From Thecamonas trahens ATCC 50062 (Eukaryota > Protista > Apusomonadida): a stretch of 64,000 nucleotides of DNA. The position numbers and the translations under genes were made by a program. The DNA is taken from contig NW_013657630.1 in the NCBI RefSeq assembly GCF_000142905.1, positions 16,832 through 80,831 on the forward strand. The letters are read 5' to 3'. Positions 36,476-46,937 of the stretch are shown here, piece by piece (position 1 is the stretch's first letter; every line of letters begins with the position of its first letter). Below the pieces are notes generated by a model. It searched no databases. It had not been told where the DNA came from and saw only the letters and a program-made list of their open reading frames with translations.

Positions 36476-37591
36476 ATGTGCTGTCCGAGGTTGCTTCTTG
36501 CATCCCGCCACACTCGACTCGGCATCATGCTGCTCGATCGGGCGCGACAAGTGGTCATCATGGGCATGCGGATACAGCAGACGAGTGTGGGCCGAGCCCA
36601 GGGGGCTGCTGCCGCCGCGGCAGCCACCGAGGTCTCCGAGTGGCTGGCACTGGTTGCCGAGGTGGCGAAAGAGGCGTCGGCGTTGTCTGGTGCGAACAGA
36701 GAGGCTGGGGCTGAGGCCGAGGCTGATGCCTCCGCCGGGCTCGCCGACGCTATTGCGACGGCCGAAGACGCCCAGATTGACGAGATGTACCATTTGGCGC
36801 TGGATGAGGCGGCGTGTCCGGGCGGCGGCGGCGGCGGAGCGTATGTGGCGATCGCGCCGGGTGCAGGAGGGGCGGATGCCGGCGAGTGGGCGCAGATGCT
36901 GGGCGCGATGTATCTGCGATGGCACGGGCGACACGCGCGCGGGCGTGATGCCTCGCAGGCGGCATGCAATGCAGCCGGGGCCCATGGCGTCGATCTTGTG
37001 CTTCCGGGCGTGCGGGCCGAGGGCTGGCTGGCGCACGAGACGGGCGTCCACAAGCTGGTCCGCCGCTCGCCCTTTGCCAGCGGGCGGCGGCACACCTCGT
37101 TTGCCTCTGTACGAGTCCTCCCACTGCCTGGCGAGGCTGCGCGCGGCCCCGACGGTGACTCGCTCCTTGCCTCGCCCGACGTGAGGGTTGAGACGTTCCG
37201 GGCGTCGGGGCCGGGCGGGCAGAGCGTGAACACCACCGACTCGGCCGTCCGCCTCACCCACCTGCCGACCGGCATCTCGGCCGTCGCCGCCGATCGCTCG
37301 CAGGGTGGGAACAAGCGGACAGCAGCACGGACGCTGGCTGCCAAACTAGCTGCTGCCGCCGCCGATGCTGCCGCCGCCGACTCGGCTGCCGCCTATGCCG
37401 CTCTGGATCGCAATGCTTTTGGTTCGGGTGGTGTGGTGCGGTCGTACGTGCTCGACCCGTACACCATGGTCAAGGATGCTGCCACAAGCATCAAGACGCC
37501 ACTGGTCCACGATGTGCTTGACGGTGGTGCCTCGCTCGACACACTCCTTGTCGCCGGCCTCGAGGCCCGCCTCGCGTCGCCGGCCCACTGA
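36476..37591 (+). CDS. prfB: Bacterial-type peptide chain release factor 2, probably mitochondrial (mtRF2)
   Basis: GAGGADAGEWAQML..MYLRW, ETGVHKLVRRSPF (the SPF stop-codon-recognition motif), RRHTSFASV, TFRASGPGGQSVNTTDSAVRLTHLPTG, RSYVLDPYTMVKD. The Arg-rich, acid-poor N-terminus could be a presequence. Confidence 0.9.
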   Translation: MCCPRLLLASRHTRLGIMLLDRARQVVIMGMRIQQTSVGRAQGAAAAAAATEVSEWLALVAEVAKEASALSGANREAGAEAEADASAGLADAIATAEDAQIDEMYHLALDEAACPGGGGGGAYVAIAPGAGGADAGEWAQMLGAMYLRWHGRHARGRDASQAACNAAGAHGVDLVLPGVRAEGWLAHETGVHKLVRRSPFASGRRHTSFASVRVLPLPGEAARGPDGDSLLASPDVRVETFRASGPGGQSVNTTDSAVRLTHLPTGISAVAADRSQGGNKRTAARTLAAKLAAAAADAAAADSAAAYAALDRNAFGSGGVVRSYVLDPYTMVKDAATSIKTPLVHDVLDGGASLDTLLVAGLEARLASPAH

Positions 37592-37599
37592 TCACTGCT

Positions 37600-39031
37600 T
37601 TACTCGCGCCGGCGCTTCGATCCGGCCTTGGCCTTCTTGCTTTTGGTCTTGCCCTTGCCCTTGGTCTTGGCCTTGGCAACAACCTCGACCTCAGCCGGGG
37701 CCTTGGCCTTACCCTTGGCCTTACCCTTGGCCTTGGCCTTGGCCTTGGCCTTACCCTTGCCGCCGGTGGTCTTGGCCTTCTTCTGCGCCGGCTCCTCGTC
37801 GTCCTCCTCGTCAAACACGACGTCGTCATGGTCGATGTCCTCGGTGATGGCGACAGCTTCGGCCTCGGCCTCGACCTCGACCTCGGGCTTGGCGCGCGTG
37901 GCACTGACCGGGCCGACGGCGACGGTGGTGAGACGGGCGCCCGAGTCGATGGTGCCGATGTGGGCGGCGGCAAAGTTGTCGTCGGGCGTGCCGATGGCCC
38001 AGATGGCCATGGTGCCGTCGGATGAGGCCGAGGCGAGAAAGGCGACGAGACCGTCAAAGTCGTGCGCGGCGGCGTGCGGCGGGCGGAAGACGGCGAGCGA
38101 GCGGACGCGCGCCGTGGTCGGCGCTTCGAGCTCGTGGATCGGCTCGCCGGCGGCGACGTCGTAGATGGTGACCAGTCCCGAGTCGAGAGCAACCGCGATA
38201 TACGTGTCGTTGAGCCAGACGGCGTCGGAGAGCGCGGCGCGCGGCGGCGTATCGTACGAGCCAATCTCGGCGCCGTCCTCGGCCGAGACGACGCGGAGCG
38301 CGGCGCGGTCGGCGACGAGGTACGCCAAGCCGGACGGTGCCCACGCCAGCGCACGCGGTTCAGCCATGCTGCGGGTCGAGAACTGGGCACGCCCGGTGAG
38401 CAAGTTCCACATCTTGAGCCCGCCGGCGGCATCGACCGAAATGGCGAGCCGGCCCGAGGGATGCACAGCAACTCGCCGCACGCCGGCCTTGTGTCCACGC
38501 AGCGCCTTGATCCGCGCCCAGTCCCGCGTCCGCCACAGGCACAACGTCGTGTCTGCCGACGCCGTCACCATGTACCCGTCGCCAAAGAACGCCAGATCGT
38601 CGACCGCGCCCGAGTGTTCCAGCAGCGAGCCGCGCTCGCGCATCTTGACCATGTCAAACAGCTGGACCGAGTCGTCGGCGGCGCCGGACACCATGTGCTT
38701 GCCGGTCTCTGAGAACGCCACCACCCGGACGGATGCCGTGTGCGGTTCCGCACCAAAGATGGTCAGATGACTGACACTGCGCCGCGTCGATCGATATCCT
38801 CACTGTGAGTGACCTGCGCAACCGAAAGCGGGCGGTGTGTGTGTGGGGGGGCGGTGTGTGTGGTGGGGGGGGGGGGGGGCTTGTATAAAAATTGTTACCC
38901 CACCCCCCACCCACCCCCCATCCCCCTTCCTCCTCCTCCGGCTCGACGTACCTCATGTCAGCTTCGACCAGCACCTCGTAGCCAAACAGCTTGTGGGTGT
39001 AGGTACCTGCGCACAGGACAAAGGAGGTCAT
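37600..39031 (-). CDS. PAK1IP1: WD40 ribosome-biogenesis factor PAK1IP1/Mak11
   Basis: Exon 1 is 39031-38952 (AGTYTHKLFGY), followed by a GTACGT...CAG intron. MVSGAADDSVQLFDM..MRERGSLLEHSG, LRGHKAGV..VAVHPSGRLAISV, MWNLLTGR, ARLTT; Lys-rich tail. Confidence 0.9.
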
Positions 39032-39302
39032 TCCTGATGTGTGTACAGGGAGTGGAGTGTGTATGAGTGTGTATGTGGGGGAGATAGGGGTGTGCACGGA
39101 GTGTGTTGTGGAGGCGAGCGGTGGCTGTGGCTGCCGTCGTCCGAAGATGGATGCGGTGATGGGAAGGGAGGTGGGGGGTGGGGGGAGGGGGGAGGGGGGG
39201 GGGGGGGGAGGGGGGGATGGCCACATGCACCACATGCACCACATGTACCACACTACCACACGCGGCCATTACCATGTCACTGCCCACTGCGGTATCATTC
39301 AG

Positions 39303-39660
39303 GATGATGATGATGATGCCGATGGTGATGATGATGATGGTGATGGTGATGATGATGGTGGTGGTGGTAGCGATGACGGTCTTGGTGGCGATGATGGTGA
39401 CGGCCGATGATGGTGGCGATGAGGTTGAAGAAGACAACAACGATGACCTTGACGATGACAACGATGATGATGACAATGATGACGAAGACGAAGACGACGA
39501 CGATGATTACCCATGACCATGACCACAACCATGACCATGACCACAACCATGACCATGACCACAACCATGACCATGACCACAACCATGACCATGACCATGA
39601 CCACAACCATGACCATGACCACAACCATGACCATGACCACAACCATGACCATGACCAGAC
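39303..39660. repeat. Low-complexity (GAT/GAC)n tract and (CATGAC/CACAAC)n hexamer microsatellite next to a gap
   Basis: Visible tandem trinucleotide and hexanucleotide repeats; similar tracts at about 49245-49310 and 63795-63880. Confidence 0.9.
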
Positions 39661-39784
39661 CCACGAAGACATANNNNNNNNNNNNNNNNNNNNNNNNNNN
39701 NNNNNNNNNNNNNNNNNNNNNNNNNNNNNNNNNNNNNNNNNNNNNNNNNNNNNNNNNNNNNNNNNNNNNNNNNCCCCCCCACCC

Positions 39785-41408
39785 ATGTCCACCCCCCGCA
39801 CCGTCCTTCCACAACCTCTTCGCCCTGGAACAGTCGGCCCTCGAACGGGTCCTCTCCGCCCTCTGGAACCGCACTGCGGCTGCAGAGGCTGCTGCTGCCG
39901 CCGCCTCCCGCTCGGCGGCCGAACTGTCGGCGACGGTTACGGCGGCGGCGGCCGATGCTGCGGCGGCGGCCGATGCGGCGTCTTCGGCTCAGCACACGGC
40001 GCTTGTTCTCTCGGCTCAAGTCGATGATCTGGCTGCTCGTCTCGCTGCTGTCGAGTCGGCTCGCGCCGCCGAGGCTGCCCAGACCGACGAACGCGCTGCT
40101 GCTGCTGCTGCTGTTGATGCTCGCCTCGACGCGCTGGAGGCCCGCCTCGCCCGCGCCGAGTGCGGAGAGGAGATGCTGTCCGAGCTTGACTCGCTGCGGT
40201 CCAAGGTTGACGACCTGACTGCCAAGCTCGCCGCCCTCACCATCGACGATCTGGTCGAGGCCAAGGCCAAGGCCGAGGCCATGGCCATTGTCGAGGACGA
40301 TGGCGAGATCCACCACTACGAGTCGATGGCTCTCTCGGGCGAGCTCGTCATCGAGCCGCCTCGCCTGCGGCACTCGCGCTCGCGGGAGGGCTTGTCGGCC
40401 TCGCGCTCGCCCACCTCGGCGCCTGCCCGCGCCCCAGCCACCGGCCCGTCGAGCCACACCCCGTCGACCGCTGCCTCGCTTCCGCGCCCGCACGGAGTTA
40501 CTCTTCGCCCGGGCATGGACATTGTTGGCGCCGACGCTGCCGCCGCCGCCGCCGAGACCGACGACGACGCCGCCGCTGCCGCCGCCGCATCCGCCGCCGC
40601 CGCCGCCGCTGCCGCCGCCGCCTCCGCCGCCGCCGCCTCTGCTGCCGCCGCCGCCCACCCATCGGGCCTCTCGCAGACACTCTTGGACGCCCGCCTCGCG
40701 CTCGCCGCCCGAGACTCGGAGGCTTCGCTCACCGCCATGATGGAGGCTTTTGAGGAGAAGGCCTCGACCCAGTTGCACTCGTACGCCTCGCTCAACGAGA
40801 CCGTCAACGTCAACCGCGCCGCCCTCGAAGGCGTCCTTGCCGACGTCGCTGCTCTGAGCGCAGGCCTGGCCTCAGTCGCCAAGGCCGCAGAAACCCGCGC
40901 TGCCATTGACGCGCTTGACGCCAAGCTTCGCACCCTTGCCGAGGTCACCAACACCAACGTCGAGCTCCTCGCCCGGACCTGCGCGTCCAAGGCCGACGCT
41001 GTCGACGTCGACCACTTGTTTGACACCCTCATCACCCCGCACGACGCTGATCCGGGCTCGCTCGCCGGTGGCCGCATTCACTTTCGCTGCATCTCTTGCA
41101 ACGCCGTCCACCCCTCGCTTTCAGGCTGCGCCTCGCCGGGCTTTACTCGCTCCACCGGCCTCACCTTTGCCGACGGCTCCGCCGCCCATCCGCTCTTTGG
41201 CGCTGACAAGAGGCCTTACCGCCGCCCGTCTCGCCCCGCCACCGCGCTCCTCTCCACCACAGACTTTATGGCCCCGGCCCCACCGGCCGCCAGCCCCGCC
41301 ACAGCCTCGCCGCGGGCAGCCGCACACGCCGCCGCCCGCCCGGGCTCAGCCCCGCTCCATGTCCCCGGCCCGCGCCTCGCTTCGCGCCTCGCCTCGCGCG
41401 GCAGCTGA
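39785..41408 (+). CDS. Ala-rich coiled-coil protein with a C-terminal CxxC motif, weakly resembling DUF4795/QRICH2-type proteins
   Basis: Long coiled coil, then SKAD..DVDHLF, GGRIHFRCISCN and LFGADKRPYR. The ATG at 39785 comes into frame if the C6 run at 39792-39797 is one base too long; alternatively the 5' end lies in the gap. Confidence 0.55.
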
Positions 41409-41412
41409 CGCC

Positions 41413-44400
41413 TCACAGCGCGGTCACATTCATGATGTCCTTGCGAATCGACGCCATGCTGCCGCGCGACACCGGCCGCTCGCGGAAGCAACACAGAATG
41501 ATCGACGCGAGGTCAAAGTTGATGCTCTCGGGAATCGGCGGACGGAAGCCCGACGAGATGCGCGACGCCACCTCCGCGTCGCTCATTCCGGGAAACGCAT
41601 TGGCCGACGTCGCGATCTCCAGCAGCAGCACTCCGTACGCAAAGATGTCTGCTGCCGTGCTCACCACTCCGTCGTTGAGCACTTCGGGCGCGTCATACCG
41701 CGTCGGCTCGTGCCGCCGCTTCTCAATCGCAAGCCCAGCTCCGCCAGACAGCGGCAGTGGCGGCGGCGCCTGGCCGGCCTGCACCTCGCGTTTGTACCGG
41801 ATCGAGACCAGCCCGTAGTCGGTGAGGAGCGGCGTGGAAGAGTTCTGCAGCAGCACGTTGGCTGGCGAGAGTGCCCCGTGCACCACCCCGTGCTCGTGGA
41901 GGTATGCAAGGCCTTTGGCAATGCCTTGCATGATATTGATCCGGGTAAAGATCGGCATTTCCACCTTGCGCGGTCCGAGCAACGCGTTCCACAGCGAGCC
42001 GCCGTCCACAAAATCAACCACAACCACAGGCCGGGGCGGGTCAAAGCACGCCGCCTTGAGCGGGAGCACGTTCGGGTGGTCGAGCACCTTGAGCAGTGCC
42101 ACCGTCACTGCAAAGTCGATTGTTTCCTCTGCCCGCATCGCGTGCACCACCCGCTTAAACAGCACCGTCCCCTCGCCCCACCGCACCTTGTACGACTCGG
42201 CCGTCGCTCCAAACGTGTACCGCGTCTCAAACACATGCTTCGGCGGTGCGGAAATAACCCACGCCTGTCCCCGCGCAGTTGTCAGCCCCAGCTCGAGCGT
42301 CGTGTAAGCAAACCGTGTTTGCGACGCTGGCGCAAGCACAAGTGACGCAGACGGCAGCCCGTAGTCGCCGCCGGTCTCGGTTGCAATGCCTTTCGACATG
42401 TGGATGCTTTTCCGCAGCGACACATCGTCGCCGCCTCGCTCGTGCCGCCCTGCCGAGCTCTCCTCAGAGGTATGCCGCGGCTTGCTCATCGACAATGACA
42501 CAGAGCACGAAGCCGACGCTTCGCTCACACGAGTCATGGGCACACCGCTCGCAGCCTCGCCACTCCTGGCCGCCTCGCCGCCTCTGTTGGCAAACAGCAC
42601 AGACCGCGTCTTCCCGCTTTTGGTCATCCGTCGACTCGTTGTGCTTGACACAGTCCCAACCTCGGTCTCGTCACCGACATCACCATCATTGCCGCCGTCG
42701 CCGACGACGCCTCCGCCGAGTCCAGGATCCAGAGAGGACATAGGCAGTGAGACAAGCGCGAGTCCCGCCCCGCCCCCACCGCCATGTACTGCCTCAAAGT
42801 CGACCGGCCGCGCCTCCGCCTGCAACTGCATCATCCCATGCTGCGTCGGCACCAGCTCGTACGCCGTTTCCCGGAGCTCGTGCACCGCTTCGAGTGAGAG
42901 CACCTTGCTCACCATCGTCTGCCCCGGTAGGCACACCGTGAGCATGTGCTGGCCCTGGTGAACAAGCTCGCCTGTGTAGCCGTCGTCCTCGCCAGCTCCC
43001 TCGTCGAGACCTACCACAGAGCTGTCCATGGTGCGCCCAATCGCGGGCCCGGGCGTCGGCTCGGGGTTCTTCATCTCCGCAACCCCGATTGTAGCCACTG
43101 TCCGCAGCCGCAGCCCGCGGAGCACCACCACGCCGTCCGAGTTGACCAGCGGGCCAAACATCGGGTGCAGGAGGAGCTCGTGCGGCCACGGGCAGTGGAA
43201 CATGGCCTCGTCAAAGGCTGTAAGAAACTTCATCGCCCGCGCCACAGACGCAAACATGATGTACACCCGATCAATCGAGAGCCGCCACACAAAACCGGAC
43301 GAGACACTCAGCGCTGCCCGCACCATTCGATGCATCGTCCGCACAGCCTCGGCAAATGCCGCAGGCAGTGAGTCAAGTGCAGCTTGCAAGTTGGCCACTT
43401 CGATCATGACCAAGACAGACCGCCCGCGCGGCCGCGCGTCCACATGCGGGTACACCGGCGGGCCAACCACAGACTGGATCTGCTCCAGCTCGTTGACAAT
43501 CGCTGTCAGTCCGGGTCGAGCCTCAACGTCTGCCGACCAGCACATGAGCATCAGCGGCACCAGAGACGGCCGGTTGTCAAACGTCGACGGCCCCAGCGAG
43601 CTCTCACCCCGGACTGGCTTGCCCACAGCAACATCAAGCGTCCCGTCACCCGGAGCCAGCTCCGGTCGCAGTGTTCCGTTGATGACCCCGAGCGCCACTG
43701 CGTCGGGCGAGTATCCGCTGTACGGCTGCCGCAGCGTCACGATCTCCCACACCAGCACCCCGTACGAGTACACGTTCGACGCAAACGAGACTGGCGCGTT
43801 GGTACTCAGCACCTCGGGCGCCGTCCACGGCCACCGCTCGTGCATGTGCGCCTCATGCGCAGCTGCCGCACGCGCATGCACCTTCCTTGCAGGCAGCACC
43901 TCCAACGCTTCCATGCCAAAGTCGGCAATCTTGGGAATCCACGATGCAGTGAGGAGCACGTTGTGGGAGGTCAGCGAGTGGTGCACAATCCGTGCTCGCC
44001 GTAGGTACCGCAGGCCCTTGGCAATACCCGCCGCAAGCGCAACCTTGAGCGATCCAGCGAGCTCCATGTCCGGGGTGTGGAGCACGGACCAGAGTGAGCC
44101 GCGCGGGACGTACTCGGTCACCACTGCCAGCGGATTGAGCGCGACGCCCATGAACAGTACCAGGTTCGGGTGCCGCAGCGACGCCAGCATTCGCGTCGTC
44201 CGCATAAACTCCTGCATCCCTTCGCTCAGCTCTGACATCGACGCCAACGCTCTCGTCTCGCTCGTCGTCAACGATGCCGCCACATTGTTGATCCAGCTCT
44301 GCGTCGGCAGTTGCGCCTCTGTCCCCAGCAGCCCGGCTCGGCTCGGCTTGCTGGCAAGGTGTGGAAAGAAGAGTTTGACCACCGCACGCGACGCACGAAA

Positions 44401-46768
44401 CGTAGCCCGGAACACCTCTGCCCGCTCGCGGATTGCCAGCGACGTCATCAGAATAAGATCCGAGTGGTCCACAAGCATCATCTGCGTCTTCGGATTGCGC
44501 GCCCGGCTCCGCTGCCGCGTAATCATCACGGCCGCCACCATGCCGGCGAGGCAGAGCACACCCACTGCGAGTCCGACCCCAAGCACAACCATCCGCAGCG
44601 GTCTGTTCGTCTCGCTCGCCACAGCCCATGGCTGGACATACCGCAGCGCTACGACTTGAGAGTTGACCAGCGTCTGCGTGTGAACGCCTGCCCACACCGT
44701 CACCTCGGGCCGCTCCGGCAGTACAATCGGCGCCGAGTACTGCTCAACGTCCGGCGAACCCAGGACGAGCGGAATGTTCTTGAACGAATACAGCACCATT
44801 GCCTGCTCATCGAGCGCCATCAGCTCAATCCGCGTCCCACGCGCAACAACCCCAGGTGGCGGCTCCGCAAACGGCGGCGCTGCGACACCAGTTGTCACCT
44901 CGCCCCGAACGCCTTCCAATCGAGCCAGAATCGTACCAGACTTGGCCACGCTGAAATCGGTCGAGTGGAAAAAGAGCGAGAACTCGCGGCACCACGCATC
45001 CCGCAGTGCTGCAGGCGACATTGTCAGGCAGAGCAGCGTCGTGAGCTGGCTCGACTCGTCCCGCATCGTCTGCACCACGCGTCGGGTAGCACGCATGGAC
45101 GCCGGTGCGACCACCTCTGAATCTACCACCGCCGGCACCCCATACATGCCGTTGGCCCAAAGCGCTTGCGCCATCGTTGGCGACAACGCTGCTCGGACCA
45201 CTTCTTGCCGCACAGCCTCTACCGTCGCCTTGTCCGACTCCATCGGCGCAAAGTCAACCGGCAGTGCAATCACAACAAAGATGGCGAGACCCGTGTTCAC
45301 GCCTTGACCAGCAGAAAGCTCCGGAAAAGCAAAGGCCTCAACGTCGGCGAGCACGCCTTCCGGCAGCGAGAGAGCGAACCCGTCCCAAATGATGGTCATG
45401 GCCGAGACACCGGTGAAAAACGGAGCCCGGCCCTGCTCGCCGTCGACATCGCGCGGCTGCGGGTGGTAGCAGCGCGCGTTGCGGAGATCTTCCAGGACGG
45501 CAAGCACCCGCTCAATGCGCTCGTCAAGAAACGAGACCCGCCCGCCGCGCATCTCATCGAGCAGCGCTGAGCCGTACAGCCGCGTAGCCACAATGTCAAA
45601 CCACATGCTGGCCATCACACCCTCGACTGCCGACCCAAGGTCGAACGACGGCATTGTGATCGGAATGATGCCAAGTCCGTCGAGAGTGCCACACAGCGTG
45701 AGCAGCTCCTCGTACGACGTCGGCGGTATGAGGTCAAATGCGTCCAGAACCGACCGCCGGTAAGCGATAGAAACGCCGTCGAGCACCACAGGCGCTGCGT
45801 AGTACGACCGCGGATTCGGGCTGCTCAGCAGCGGTGGCCACTCAGAGGCCAGAGGCGGCACAACTGGTGGTGACGGCACTGCCTGGGGTGGCCACTCGGT
45901 CCGCAGCGAGACAGCCATCTTGGGCTGGGCTGCCTGCTGGAACTCGATCGACTCGTACACGTCGCCGGTAAAGAGCTGTACTTCCCGCAGCACCGGTGCA
46001 AGCCGCGGCATCACGCTCACCATAACGTCGTCAAGCGGCGCAAAGCCACCGGCTGCCACTGTATCCAGAAAGTTGAGCGGCGAAGGAAAAGCAAGCGCGG
46101 CGAGCGTGCCCCGCGGCCGCCATGCTGCAGCCGCCACTGCAGACGGCAGGACAGAGACTGACCGCCCGAGCGTAATCCGTTGAGAGTTGGCCGCCAGATA
46201 GTTGTCGGGGGGATCTAGATACAGCGCAAATGTGGTGTTGGGCAGGCTTGCCCATCGGCTCCGCACCACACTCTCCAGAACGACCGCAACTGCCGCCTGC
46301 GACGTCGGAGCCGTGATGGCCAGCCGCATGTTGGCTGCCACCACCGACGGTGATGGCCCTTGTCCATCGACCCACCCGCCACATCCGACCACCATCACCA
46401 CCATCACCACCAGCGCACCGCCGAGACTTGCCGACCCAGCAGAACGGCTCCATCGGCTTCTCTGCTCTATCCGACCTGTCCGACAAGTTCGACAACTCCG
46501 CCCTGTCCGGCAACTCCGACAACTCCGCCCTGTCCAACAATCAGCCCCGTCCCCGTCCCCGGCCCCGTTCCCGACCCCGGCCCTAGCTACACGCCATGTT
46601 CCGCCACTCGCCGCCGCCCCCACCGCTAGCTACACGCCATGTTCCGCCACTCACCGCCGCCCCCACCGCTTCCACCGCCCCACCGCCAACACAACCAACA
46701 CGACCACCACCAACACGACCAACACGACCAACACGACCACCAGTCCAGAGCCAGTCCTGGTCGCCCAT
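41413..46768 (-). CDS. Single-pass receptor: sugar-type solute-binding domain, Fn3-associated domain, TM, TKL-like pseudokinase, degenerate class III nucleotide cyclase and second pseudokinase
   Basis: SBP YYAAPV....IAYRRSVLDAFDLIPPTSYEEL; Fn3_assoc APPFAEPPPG...VLYS....YSAPIVL; TM VVLGVGLAVGVLCLAGMVAAVMI; kinase 1 LRHPNLVLFMG, IADFG, WTAPE; cyclase-like LRGLRLR; kinase 2 LDHPNVL, TDYG, YDAPE. The ATG at 46768 is in frame if one 43-bp duplicate is removed. Confidence 0.88.
46583..46668. repeat. 43-bp tandem duplication (one mismatch) in the 5' part of the receptor gene
   Basis: ctagctacacgccatgttccgccactcRccgccgcccccaccg at 46583-46625 and 46626-46668. Confidence 0.92.
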
Positions 46769-46937
46769 GGTATGTACCTTGGGCTCGGTAGTGCTTGCAA
46801 GCTGGCAGGCGGTCGAGTCAAGTGTTCGTCACAGTCTCGGTCTCATTTGCTCCGCACCGCTCTGCCCCGTCTCCTGCCGACCGCCATCCGTCGGCGTTTT
46901 GGCCGCATGCAGCGACTGTGTCATGTATTACACAGAT

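Noticed and set aside
34252-37591. Bacterial contaminant or chimeric segment (DnaA-like gene plus RF2)
   Set aside because: Both genes have eukaryote-style N-terminal extensions and host-like composition, show no operon structure, and are contiguous with eukaryotic genes without an intervening gap.
39299-39660. His-Asp and Met-Thr repeat ORFs suggesting a metal-binding protein
   Set aside because: Simple microsatellite open in several frames, next to a gap; similar tracts occur in other non-coding parts of the window.
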